Of a stretch of DNA of 64,000 bases, positions 39,223 through 49,163 are shown in pieces (position 1 is the stretch's first letter; every line of letters begins with the position of its first letter). The notes beneath the pieces were generated by a model. The model ran no database searches. It was not told the origin of the DNA and saw nothing but the letters and a program-made list of their open reading frames with translations. Source of the stretch: an uncultured Chloroflexia bacterium (GTDB lineage Bacteria; Chloroflexota; Anaerolineae; Anaerolineales; UBA4823); the NCBI GenBank assembly GCA_963706905.1, contig CAVPNY010000020.1, forward strand, positions 137,859 to 201,858. The letters run 5' to 3'. The position numbers were made by a program, and so were the translations under genes.

Positions 39223-40132
39223 TTAAATCTCCTTGGTAACGTCCTGTAGCCAAATGGGGAACTCGGGCGAGTCCAGCTTGGCTTCGGCGCGGCTCCAGCG
39301 CTCGATTGCCCAGCCCCAAAAGTCATAATCGATCTTGGAAATACTGGTTTGGATAGCAGCCCACAAGCCCCAGCCAACGTCTGACATGATCATATTGAGC
39401 TTCATGCGCGCCAGCTTTGCTGGGGAAGCTTTTCCAAAGTAGGCTGCGCACAGCTCTTGAATGCGAGCTTCATCGTAGCCTAACTCCTGGCAGGTATTGC
39501 CCAGCTCAAAAGTAGGGTCGTTGTTACCGCTGTACTCAAAATCGATCAGGCGGAGTAGCTCACCATCGTCAATATAATTCTCCGCCAGCAGGTCATTGTT
39601 GCAGGGCACGCTGGGCAAAGGGTGAACAGCAAAAGCCTTTTCGATAGCATAGACGGCAGGCATGCGATCTGGGTAACGGTCAGGGATTCTAAAATTGCGC
39701 TGCCTGCAGATGTCCAGGTAATACTCGGTCAGGCGAAACATGTTGAAATCGGTGAGGAAGCGCGGCCCGTTGTGCAGCCGGCGGAGTGACTGGGCGATGC
39801 GCGCTCGGCATGCCAGGAGCGTTCAGCCGTTCGTTGGACATGGTCACGCCGTTGATGAACTCCAACACCATGACATCGTGTTCTGCCAGGTGATAGAGCA
39901 CTTTTGGACCAACGCCCGCCTCCGCGGCAGCCCTGGAGTTATGGTATTCATTGCGCCGGTCGATCGCCAGCAGCTCGGTGCTTTCGCCGGGGATGCGTAC
40001 AAAATATGCCGTCCCGTCTACTTCCACGCGGAAATTGGTATTCGTCAGGCCTCCTGAAAGAGGCCGGATTACTGCGTTCCGCCCCTGCCAGTCGGGGATT
40101 GTGGCGACGACTTCTTCGATGGTAATGGTCAT
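39223..40132 (-). CDS. choline/ethanolamine-kinase-like phosphotransferase, one frameshift at about 39800-39822
   Basis: LSGGLTNTNFRV, Brenner-like CNNDLLAEN and IDFEYSGNNDP motifs. ORF 39689..40168 (..MSNERLNAPGM) and ORF 39223..39741 (ARIAQSLRRLHNGPRFLTDFNMF..) join after removing one nt. The stop at 39223 abuts the ATG of the metallophosphoesterase at 39222. Confidence 0.75.
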
Positions 40133-40217
40133 GGATTCTTCCAGTGTGTTCCCCTCTCCCCTGAACAATTGCAGGGGGAGGGGAAAGCTCAGCTTCGCTG
40201 AGTCGGGGTGAGCGGCA

Positions 40218-42641
40218 TCAAGCCCTCAATTTCTCGCCTTTCGGGTCGAGTAAGACAGCTGGACCGACCTCTGCTCCGACGACAGCGTCGAAAACATCCA
40301 CCTCCAAGCGGGTGCCTTTCTTTGCCAGCGCAAGTGGCAGGTAGGCATAGGCGATATTACGCTTGATGGTGAAGCCATAGCCCCCGCTGCGCACCCGCGA
40401 AACGACCTTCTTATCAAGATAGACGGCTTCGCCGCCATAGACTGGCAGGTAGTCATTCCCATCGAGCAGCAAAGTGCACAATTTATGATTTGGACCGCTC
40501 TCTTTGATCTTTTCCACGGCTTTCCGTCCGATGAAATCACCCTTCTCCAGGTCGACACAAAAGCCCAAACCGGCGGAGTAAGGATCTTCCATGGGGGTAA
40601 CATCTGCAGTGAAGTATTTATAGCCTTTTTCCAGGCGCAGGCCATCCAGGACCTTGTAACCGCCTGGCTCGATGCCAAATTCAGCCCCGGCTTGCATCAG
40701 GCGGTCCCATAGCATGGTGGCGCGCTCAAACGGCGGGTAAAGCTCCCAGCCTAGCTCGCCGACGTAGCTGACCCTTTGAGCGAGAACCTGGACACCATTA
40801 ACATCGATCCATTCAGCTTTCAGGTACGGGATGGCGGCATTAGAAACGTCGCTGTTGGTCACTTTTTGCAGCACCTGGCGCGCCTGGGGACCCCACAATG
40901 CCAGGCAGGCCCAGTCCATGGTGACGTCGCGGATTTCAACCGGCGGATCGCCAGGACACACTTGCATGCGCAACCAGCCCAAATCGTTTGAGATGAAGCC
41001 TGAGCCGGTGACGACGCGGAAATTGTTTTCAGCCAGGCGGGTGATGGTGACATCGGCTTCAACGCCGCCGTTGCTGTTGAGAAATTGCGTATAGATAGTA
41101 GAGGAAACAGGTCGATCCATGTCACTGTCGGCGACACGCTGTAATAATGGGAGTGCGCCTGGACCTTGCAGCTCGATTTTACCGAATGAGCTCAGGTCGT
41201 ACAGGGCGACGCGCTCCCGGGTGGCCTCGTGCTCAACGCGCAGGCGCTCAAAGAATGGCGGCTTGGTGAATCCGAATTTGCGCTGGTCCTCGCCAGCCAT
41301 GCGCCAGGGTTTCCCGGGCTGGAAGTAATTGACGCGTTCCCAGCCGTATTTCTCTCCATACACCGCGCCTAATTCCTGAGTACGGAAGTGAACGGCGCTG
41401 ACCCGGTGCGGGCGTGCCCATTCATATTCGTCATGGGGGAATCGCAGGCGATAGTAGTACTTGACACATTCTCGAGTGCGCTCAGCAGCGTATTCGGGGT
41501 TGGCAAAATAGTTACCGAAGCGGGTGGCGCGGAAGGCGTACATATCCAGGGTGGGCTCGCCTTCGACGATCCACTCGGCGAGCAGCTTACCCATACCGCC
41601 CGCACCGCCATAGCCGTTGAGCGACATGCCGCACAGGTTCCAAAAGCCGCGCGCTCCAGGCAATGGGCCGATGATGGGCTGGCAGTCAGGGGTGTAGGCA
41701 CCGGGGTGACAGACCAGGGTGATGATCTCAGCCCGATCCAGGAAGGGGAAGCGCCGGATGGCGCCTTCGAGTAGCTGTTCAAATCGATCGTAATCCGGTG
41801 GCAGCGCGCCAATGTGATCCCAGGGTGTGCCATCGATCCAGCGCTCCTTGGGATTGGGTTCATAACCGCCGATCACCAGACCACCGGCCTCCTGACGCCC
41901 GTAAACCAGGTTATCAGGATCGCGGAAGCAGGGGGCAGTGTGAGGAAACTCATTGCCTGGGACCGCTTTGAGTGCAATGTGCTGGTGGTCAACCGGGGTG
42001 GTAGGCAGGTGCAGCCCGGCGAAGGCTGCCACGCGCGGTCCCCATAATCCGGTCGCGTTGATGATATGCTCGCAGCGGATGGGACCTTTGTCGGTGAGGA
42101 CTTCGACTACCTCGCCTTTGGGTGAGAGGGTGATGCCGGTTGCGCGGGTGCTGGTGTAAATGGTTACACCCATGTCGCGCACCACGCGTGCCATGCCTGT
42201 GGTAGCCAGATAAGGGTCGAGCTGTCCGTCACGGGGCAGGTAGATAGCCCCATAGAAGCTATCAGGGCTCAATTGGGGCATGATGCGGCGCGCCTCCTCC
42301 GGGGAGATGACTTCCGCATCCATGCCGATGCCCTTAGCCCGGCTGGCGCTGCGCTGAAATTCGCGTAACTGTTCCGGGCTGGAAGCGATGCGTAGACTGC
42401 CGACATGCTCAAACAATCCCAGCTCGCTGTACATCTCGATGCTGTATTTGCGGAACTGCATCAGGGTCTGTGAGGTGGCGAATTGTGTGACCAGTCCAGC
42501 AGCAAACCCGGATTCGCCGCTGGCGACCTCGTTCTTCTCCAGGATTACCACGTCTGTCCAGCCCAGCTTGGCCAGGTGGTACGCCAGGCAGACCCCATAA
42601 ATGCCGCCGCCGATGACGACGACTCTGGCTTGATCTTTCAT
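40218..42641 (-). CDS. FAD-dependent oxidase fused to a GcvT-type folate-binding domain (dimethylglycine oxidase / sarcosine dehydrogenase-like), copy 1
   Basis: ATG 42641 with a GAGGAGG SD. VVVIGGGIYGVCLAYHLAKLG dinucleotide fold. The C-terminal aminomethyltransferase domain has LRLEKGYKYF and GLGFCVDLEKGDFIGR. Confidence 0.85.
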   Translation of the reverse strand: MKDQARVVVIGGGIYGVCLAYHLAKLGWTDVVILEKNEVASGESGFAAGLVTQFATSQTLMQFRKYSIEMYSELGLFEHVGSLRIASSPEQLREFQRSASRAKGIGMDAEVISPEEARRIMPQLSPDSFYGAIYLPRDGQLDPYLATTGMARVVRDMGVTIYTSTRATGITLSPKGEVVEVLTDKGPIRCEHIINATGLWGPRVAAFAGLHLPTTPVDHQHIALKAVPGNEFPHTAPCFRDPDNLVYGRQEAGGLVIGGYEPNPKERWIDGTPWDHIGALPPDYDRFEQLLEGAIRRFPFLDRAEIITLVCHPGAYTPDCQPIIGPLPGARGFWNLCGMSLNGYGGAGGMGKLLAEWIVEGEPTLDMYAFRATRFGNYFANPEYAAERTRECVKYYYRLRFPHDEYEWARPHRVSAVHFRTQELGAVYGEKYGWERVNYFQPGKPWRMAGEDQRKFGFTKPPFFERLRVEHEATRERVALYDLSSFGKIELQGPGALPLLQRVADSDMDRPVSSTIYTQFLNSNGGVEADVTITRLAENNFRVVTGSGFISNDLGWLRMQVCPGDPPVEIRDVTMDWACLALWGPQARQVLQKVTNSDVSNAAIPYLKAEWIDVNGVQVLAQRVSYVGELGWELYPPFERATMLWDRLMQAGAEFGIEPGGYKVLDGLRLEKGYKYFTADVTPMEDPYSAGLGFCVDLEKGDFIGRKAVEKIKESGPNHKLCTLLLDGNDYLPVYGGEAVYLDKKVVSRVRSGGYGFTIKRNIAYAYLPLALAKKGTRLEVDVFDAVVGAEVGPAVLLDPKGEKLRA

Positions 42642-42807
42642 ACGAATAACCTCCTCAATGAAGCTGTGATGGGAATTGACTGTAAAGCAATCAATGGTAA
42701 ATAACAACCAACAGCCGGTCGAAAGCTGCCAGGAAAACCCTGGCAGCCATCGACAGGCTGACACTTTACAACTACTGCTAACTGAATACTGTTTACTGAC
42801 TACTCTC

Positions 42808-44661
42808 TTATTCAGGCGGTATCTCCTTGAATGCGTAGTTCACATCGATGCCGCGCGATTTCTGCATGTTCTTGGTAATGATATACCAGATCGCCGATAG
42901 GACGATGATGCCGAAGGCGATGATCTGCGCCCACATGCTGCCTGGGAAGCCGGAGAAATCCCAGTTGCCCAGCACACCCAGGGCGGGGGATAGCAAGAAG
43001 GCTACCACCATAGACATACCGAAGCCACCACCCAGCATGCCCAGGGCTGACAGCCAGGGAGCTTTTTCGCCGCGCAGCCAGCCCGTGATGTTATTCCGCA
43101 TCGGATACAGGAACAGGATCACAGCCAGGATGGCGCCGATTCGGACAACCCAAATGAGCGCGGGATAGCTGGCGAAAGCCTGCGGCGCCAAAACCCAGGA
43201 GGTTACGATGAAGGCGAGCACTCCCAGCAGGGTAAACAGGACGCCGACCAGGCCGCTGACTTTGTACTTGGCGCCGGGAGAGGCATCGTAGACTTCCTTC
43301 GCCTTGTAGGGCAGCAGGGCACCAGCCAGGCAGGTGATGATGAAGACGTAGCCGCAGCCGAAGGTGACGCCCAGGGTCAGGCCGACCCATCCGGGCACCA
43401 GGTTGTATGCCAGGATCACTGGGATGGAAGCCAGGAAGTAAGCCAGGTGAGCGTTCAGCGGGGTGTGATAGCGCTCATTGACTTTGCTAAACCACTCCGG
43501 AAGAACTCGATCCAATGACATGGCGACCAGGATACGGGTCATGCCGATGTAGCAGTTATGTACGATCTGGTGGGAGTTTAGGATGTAGCCCAGGCCAATG
43601 ATCAATACGATGATGGGGGAGGCAGATACGGCGATGGCGATGATGTTTGGCCATAAGTAGAAGCCATTGACCGTCGCCTCGGGGATCAGCGACCAATAAC
43701 CAGCGCCGGCTACGTACAGGAATTCATCACCAGCCAGGCGCTCTAAACCGGCAGCCAGCAGAGCCAGCAGGATACCGGTGACGATCAAGGAGCCAACCAT
43801 AATGACTGCCTGGCTTTTGAAGGAACGGGCATCTTTGATCTCTCCGTTTTGCTGAGCGGAGTAGGTCGCCCACTGCAGGGAGGTCCACGCAATCGGAGCA
43901 ACCAGCAAGGTGGCGATGATGCTGAATGGAGGGGTAGTGTCGATCCCGGCTCCCTGGACCGCAGCCAGGGCGGTCTGGTAGAAGTCTTGCACGCCGCCGG
44001 AGGCCACAGCAAAGGCATTTAAGCGCTCTACGAACTGGCTGGCGGGGGTTAAGAATAACACTCCAAACATCACAGCGAAAGCCGCCAGGACGACGTACCA
44101 CATGACCCACTGGAGACGCACATAGTTCTTGAAGCCGGAGACCAGGATGACCATGGCGACAAAGGCGTTCAGGATGCTGGTGATGATGATCCCGGTTGAC
44201 GTGGTAAACCATAATCCGAGGGCAGAGAGGCTGGCATTCCCCAGCGTGGCGCCTAATCCCAGAAATAAAGGGGCAAACCCCAGGTACGAGAGAAGCCAGC
44301 CAGAGAGACCTACCCACTGCAGGATCCAGATCACGTAACCGGACATGACCACGGTGAAAGCCGTGCCGCCGCCGAAAACGCGGCTCTGAAATACATAATC
44401 GCCGCCCGAGCGTGGCAAGGCGGTGGAGAGCCAGACGTAGGCAAAGGCAATGGGGATTTCGATCAGCATGGCCAGCAAGATGCCCCACACCATCTTCCCC
44501 CCGGGCAAGGCGCCTGGCGCCCACAGGTAAGTCCAGGGAAAGATTAAACCCATGGTTAAAATATTGTAGACAAAAGCGGAGTACGGGGACATGACCCGCA
44601 CTAGGCCAGAGGCTTTACGGGTAAAGACCTCAGGCTTTTGGGATGCGGTTGAAGCGGTCAT
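42808..44661 (-). CDS. APC-superfamily permease, copy 2
   Basis: 617 aa. Contains TRKASGLVR, PRSGGDYVFQSR and a C-terminal GIDVNYAFKEIPPE. Confidence 0.85.
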   Translation of the reverse strand: MTASTASQKPEVFTRKASGLVRVMSPYSAFVYNILTMGLIFPWTYLWAPGALPGGKMVWGILLAMLIEIPIAFAYVWLSTALPRSGGDYVFQSRVFGGGTAFTVVMSGYVIWILQWVGLSGWLLSYLGFAPLFLGLGATLGNASLSALGLWFTTSTGIIITSILNAFVAMVILVSGFKNYVRLQWVMWYVVLAAFAVMFGVLFLTPASQFVERLNAFAVASGGVQDFYQTALAAVQGAGIDTTPPFSIIATLLVAPIAWTSLQWATYSAQQNGEIKDARSFKSQAVIMVGSLIVTGILLALLAAGLERLAGDEFLYVAGAGYWSLIPEATVNGFYLWPNIIAIAVSASPIIVLIIGLGYILNSHQIVHNCYIGMTRILVAMSLDRVLPEWFSKVNERYHTPLNAHLAYFLASIPVILAYNLVPGWVGLTLGVTFGCGYVFIITCLAGALLPYKAKEVYDASPGAKYKVSGLVGVLFTLLGVLAFIVTSWVLAPQAFASYPALIWVVRIGAILAVILFLYPMRNNITGWLRGEKAPWLSALGMLGGGFGMSMVVAFLLSPALGVLGNWDFSGFPGSMWAQIIAFGIIVLSAIWYIITKNMQKSRGIDVNYAFKEIPPE

Positions 44662-44905
44662 CTATTTTCTTTCTCCTTTCGAATAACAAAAGTTAGAAGA
44701 AGAGACGGCTCACCTGTCTTACCTGCCAGAGCGCAGACCGTGCCTGGCATTCAAGAGCAGGTTTAGAATTAATAACCCAAAAATTCCTAGAAAGTTCCCT
44801 CCTTTCGTTGAGCTTATGATTTTCTGAGCGGAGCAAGGTTTCTCTGATTCATTGTTTATTGAGATTCCTCAGGACTGCGCCTCTCGGAATGTTGTGGGGG
44901 CAAAT

Positions 44906-45902
44906 TTAGCCGCTGGTCATTTGATAACCTTCGATCTGCCCGCCAGAGAAGTTGACCAGCACGCCGCGCAATACGCCCTCGCCGTATTCCGAGCCTGGGT
45001 TAATCACTGTTGAACGGCCGATCTTGGCCACGGCCATCGATTCATGAATGTGGCCGTGCAGGCCTAACATGGGCTGGTATTTTTCGATCGCCTTGCGCAC
45101 GGATTTGCTGCCTGCCCCGTGCATCACAATCTGACCGGCTTTATAGATCGGACTGGGTGGGTCGGTTGTCCAGTCCAGCTCCGGACAGGTATCCAGGGTA
45201 GAGTCAATCGGGGGATCGTGAAAATTAAAAATGGCTTTATTGAGGTCGGGTACCTCGGCGACTGTTTTATCGATCATGGCAGCCAGCTCCTCTTCGCTGA
45301 TCTCGCGGGGAGTCTTCCAGGGAGTCGGGGTACTGAAGCCGACGCTGACCATGGGGGTTTCTTCATCTACAGTAGACCATCTTGTTTTCACAACCGAAGA
45401 AGGATTGAGTGCCTGGACGGTAGATCGGCGCCAGAACTTCGGGGTCATCATCGTTGCCGCCGGTGACATAGCATTTGATGCCGGTGCCAGCCAGGCGGGT
45501 CTCGGCCAGGTCGACCCAGGATTCAAGGCGCTCGCGTGCTTTCTGGTGGAAGAGCTGATCGATGGCAGCCGGGTTGTTTTGAAGGGTGTGGAATTCAGTT
45601 TCATCCATCACATGGCTGTAGAAACCCAGCAGACCGATGCGGTCGAGCAAGGCTTTCATGTCTTCTTCTGTGGTGATATGCCGGGTGCTGCCCTGTAACG
45701 TGGCGCGGTAGTTTCCGTCACCCTCCTTGATAATCGGGATAAGCAGTTTCCCGGTGATATCCCCGCCCATTACCAGTACGTTGGCATTGTAGAATTTACC
45801 CGCGTTGACAAATTTTCGGTAGGTGCGCTCGCTGCCATGCAGATCAGTCGCGTAAAACAGGCGGGTGGAGATCTTCTTTGTTTTCTTGAACAGGAATGAC
45901 AT
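44906..45902 (-). CDS. metallophosphoesterase, copy 2, one frameshift at 45371
   Basis: ORF 45363..45902 (..GGNDDDPEVLAPIYRPGTQSFFGCENKMVY) joins ORF 44906..45604 (VDEETPMVSVGFSTPTPW..GLHGHIHES..) after removing the T at 45371. The junction then aligns with copy 1 (AEGKVIQIDKDHEMV). Confidence 0.8.
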
Positions 45903-45947
45903 CCATTTCCTCCAGGGTATTGTAAATAAGCTGTGTGGTAATCGGTG

Positions 45948-46766
45948 TTATTGCAATCTAGGGCGGTAGCCAGCTACCAGGATATCAATATTGTGTTCCC
46001 TGAGGGCGTCACGCCCGGTGGCGGGAAATTTTTCGTCTACAACCAGCTTTTGGACCTGGTCAAGGCGGGCGATCTGAAAATTAGAAACCACCCCCCACTT
46101 GGAGTGGTCAGCCAGGACGATCACTGGACCATTGGTACGGTCGAGCATGACACGCACCAGCTCGGCTTCGGCGTTGGCCGGGACGGTAAAGCCATGCTTG
46201 AGGGTGATGCCGTCTACCCCGATAAAGGCTTTATTTGCATACAATGAGCTGAGATTTTCGATGGCGAAACGCCCGGCGATGGCGTTGGATCTGGGTTGGA
46301 AAGTACCACCTACCAGAACAACGTCAAAGCCAGCCTCTCCTATCTCCAGAGCAGCGACCAGGTTATTGGTGATTACGGTGATAGCCGCCCCTCCGCGTAT
46401 GTTGCGGATCAGTTGAGTGGTTGTCGTGCCGCTGTTAACGAATACCATGTCGCCGTCTTCGATCAAGGTGGCGGCCAGGGCTCCGATCAGGCGCTTTTCT
46501 TCGACATTGCGTTGGGCGCGCTGCTGGTATTCGGCTTCAAGCTGCAAGCGCTGGTTGAGGATCGCCCCGCCATGGGTGCGGGTCAGGATGCCTTCACCTT
46601 CCATCCATTCCAAATCTCGGCGGATGGTAGCTTCGGAGACATCCAACAAGCTGGATAGTTCAATACTGGGGACGATCTTGTGGATCGCCAGGTATTCTTG
46701 GATGCGTTCACGTCTTTGGGCAGGTATCAGATTCTTGCTCATGTCTCCTTGCCTTGTAGCTAGCAT
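45948..46766 (-). CDS. DeoR-family transcriptional regulator
   Basis: N-terminal HTH (RRERIQEYLAIHKIVPSIELSSLLDVSEATIRRDLEWMEGEG) plus a DeoR C-terminal sensor domain. The start is either 46766 or 46742. Confidence 0.85.
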   Translation of the reverse strand: MLATRQGDMSKNLIPAQRRERIQEYLAIHKIVPSIELSSLLDVSEATIRRDLEWMEGEGILTRTHGGAILNQRLQLEAEYQQRAQRNVEEKRLIGALAATLIEDGDMVFVNSGTTTTQLIRNIRGGAAITVITNNLVAALEIGEAGFDVVLVGGTFQPRSNAIAGRFAIENLSSLYANKAFIGVDGITLKHGFTVPANAEAELVRVMLDRTNGPVIVLADHSKWGVVSNFQIARLDQVQKLVVDEKFPATGRDALREHNIDILVAGYRPRLQ

Positions 46767-47300
46767 GAGAACCGAATACGAGGATTGCCAAAATCCTGCA
46801 ATATACCGACGTAGTTATCCGCAATTAATCGGTTAAACCCAACAAGTGTCCCTTGGTTGTGCTCTGGAAGAGGTACGAGTGGCCAAAACGCATGATGGTG
46901 AGAGCGGGCTGGACCTGTTGGGTCAGATACCTGGAGGCTATTTACCCTGGCGTGACAGGGAAATCACCTGTACGCAAGGATTTGTGGTTGACGGAAATTG
47001 AGCGAAACTTGAAAACATTATAGCGGCTTTTGCAAATAAATGCAAGAATTTGATGGTGGAGAGCTCATAGATCTTAGATGCCATCCATGATCTGTGTAGT
47101 CTGACTGAAATATGACGAAATATGAGCGAATTAACCATGAAGAACCGCTTTCTTTGCAGATATTTGCACTTTTTTGTTTTTCCGGTATAATTGCACAAGC
47201 CCTTTTGTGTATTAACTTTCGATCCTATAGGAATGGCAGCCAGTGCAATCTGCGCCGCGCTGCTCCGCCAGGTAGTTTATTTACCAGACAGGAGCGTTTT

Positions 47301-48092
47301 ATGACCAGTAATCCAATTGGGATGGGACAACAGGATCAGGCGGAGCGCGATAAATTTGAAAATGAGCTCAAACGTATCTTGAACGCCAGCGACCAGGCAG
47401 GAGTGCTCCTGCGAGTGATCGGATCGCTGGCGTTTCAAATGCATTGTCCAAAAAACGGGTCACTACAAGCCGCCATGGGGCGGGCTTACACGGATATCGA
47501 TTTTGGCGCTTATAAAAAGCAGACTAAAGAAGTCAAAATTTTGATGACTGGCTTGGGTTATATTGAGGACCGTGAAGTCTTTATTGTCAGCGAAGGAAAT
47601 CGATCAATATTCAACAACCCAACCAGCGCTTTGCATGTCGATGTTTTCTTTGATAAGCTGGATTTCTCCCATGAGATCAGTTGGATCGACCGGCTGGAAG
47701 TTGATAAACCAACCATTCCGCTGGCTGAGCTGCTTCTGGAAAAGATGCAAATCCTTCAGATCAATGAGAAGGATATTATCGATACAATCATGCTGCTGCT
47801 TGAGCACCCTTTGGGTATCCATGATGATGAAGAGATTAATATCCAACGCATCGCACAACTGTTATCCAAGGATTGGGGTTTGTGGCGCACCACTTCGATG
47901 AACCTGGAGAAGGTACGCCAGATGGCGGATCATTACCCGCAGCTAAGCAATGAACAGAAAGTTCATGTGGATAAGCAGGTGAAGCTTGCCCTTAAGCGCA
48001 TCGAAGATGAACCGAAAGCGACTTCGTGGAAGTTGCGGGCGCGAGTCGGCGACCGGGTTAAATGGTACAAGGATGTGGACGAAGTCGGTTGA
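47301..48092 (+). CDS. hypothetical protein, possible Pol-beta-fold nucleotidyltransferase
   Basis: AGGAG SD 7 nt upstream of ATG 47301. VIGSLAF..(23)..TDIDF resembles a GS..D.D NTase motif. The region is lower in GC than its surroundings. Confidence 0.4.
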   Translation: MTSNPIGMGQQDQAERDKFENELKRILNASDQAGVLLRVIGSLAFQMHCPKNGSLQAAMGRAYTDIDFGAYKKQTKEVKILMTGLGYIEDREVFIVSEGNRSIFNNPTSALHVDVFFDKLDFSHEISWIDRLEVDKPTIPLAELLLEKMQILQINEKDIIDTIMLLLEHPLGIHDDEEINIQRIAQLLSKDWGLWRTTSMNLEKVRQMADHYPQLSNEQKVHVDKQVKLALKRIEDEPKATSWKLRARVGDRVKWYKDVDEVG

Positions 48093-48113
48093 TTCTTTAT
48101 AAGGAGATAGACC

Positions 48114-48926
48114 ATGAACAGATTGGTTCGTGATTTGATGCACCCAGGGATTATGACCTGCCGACCGGATGCTTCACTGGGGCAGGTAGCCCGGATGCTG
48201 GCTGAGCGGCGCGTTCATTCTCTGTTTGTTGTTGATCGAAACAATAAACCGATCGGTGTGATAACCGACTATGATATTTTGGCTGGTGAGTGGCTTTCAG
48301 GTGACGCAGAAAGTCTGATCGCCATGCGCGGGATGACCGCGGGAGAGTTGATGTCCTCCCCGGTGGAGACAATCAACGCCGATGACCGGGCGAGCGAGGC
48401 AGCCCGGCGGATGCGCGAAGAAGGTATCCGCCGCTTGCTGGTTTGCGATAAGGGCAAGCCCGTAGGTGTGATCTCTATCTCGAATTTCCTGGTGGTGCTG
48501 GCCGAAAGTGCCCCGATTGGGCGTGACACGGTAGGGGATGTTATGTCCGACGTATACCTGGTTTGCAGAGACAAAACATCGGTCAAGATGGTCGCAAAAG
48601 CGCTCACCGATACCGGGTGGCGGTCTGTACTTGTGGTAGACGCCTGCGGGAAGCCACTGGGTCTTTTCAGTGGTCTGGACTTGCTGTCCTATGAGAATAT
48701 CCATGGAATACCAGATGATAAGCCTGTTACCGAGCTCATGCATTCATTCCTGACCATTGGAATGGAAGCCAATTTGCAAGAAGCGGCTCGTTTGATGATT
48801 GAGAATCGCCACCACCGGTTGCTGGTTATAGACCCGCATGAGCCGGAGTGTCTCCCGCTCGGCATCATCTCATCTTTTGATATCGTCGTGGGGATGGCTC
48901 GTCCGGATTCGGTATGGCAGCAGTAG
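48114..48926 (+). CDS. CBS-domain protein (two CBS pairs)
   Basis: Four CBS-like segments (VRDLMHPGIMTC.., AGELMSSPVETI.., VGDVMSDVYLVC.., VTELMHSFLTIG..). SD AAGGAG. Confidence 0.75.
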   Translation: MNRLVRDLMHPGIMTCRPDASLGQVARMLAERRVHSLFVVDRNNKPIGVITDYDILAGEWLSGDAESLIAMRGMTAGELMSSPVETINADDRASEAARRMREEGIRRLLVCDKGKPVGVISISNFLVVLAESAPIGRDTVGDVMSDVYLVCRDKTSVKMVAKALTDTGWRSVLVVDACGKPLGLFSGLDLLSYENIHGIPDDKPVTELMHSFLTIGMEANLQEAARLMIENRHHRLLVIDPHEPECLPLGIISSFDIVVGMARPDSVWQQ

Positions 48927-49163
48927 GAAAAAGTAGTTGAAAGTAGTCTCTCGACAATATCCAATAAACTTAGAAGTTACGCAGTTCAAGAGGACGGGGG
49001 GTGGGCTACGCCCGCCAAAACCCCCACACTCCCACCAATTGCGTAAGTCCTAAAACTATTATGATTAAGCAGTGGTGAGTAGTGATTATCGAACTATGAG
49101 CCGCTGCTTATTCCCATCACACACCAACAACATTTACATCATCCAACAAGGAGATTATTAAAT

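Noticed and set aside
40218-42764. N-terminal extension of the oxidase ORF to 42764, and similar ORF-track extensions at 2994, 26399, 19877 and 47112
   Set aside because: In each case an internal ATG with a good SD precedes the conserved N-terminal motif, for example GAGGAGG before ATG 42641 and the GGGIYG fold. The extensions have no protein-like features.
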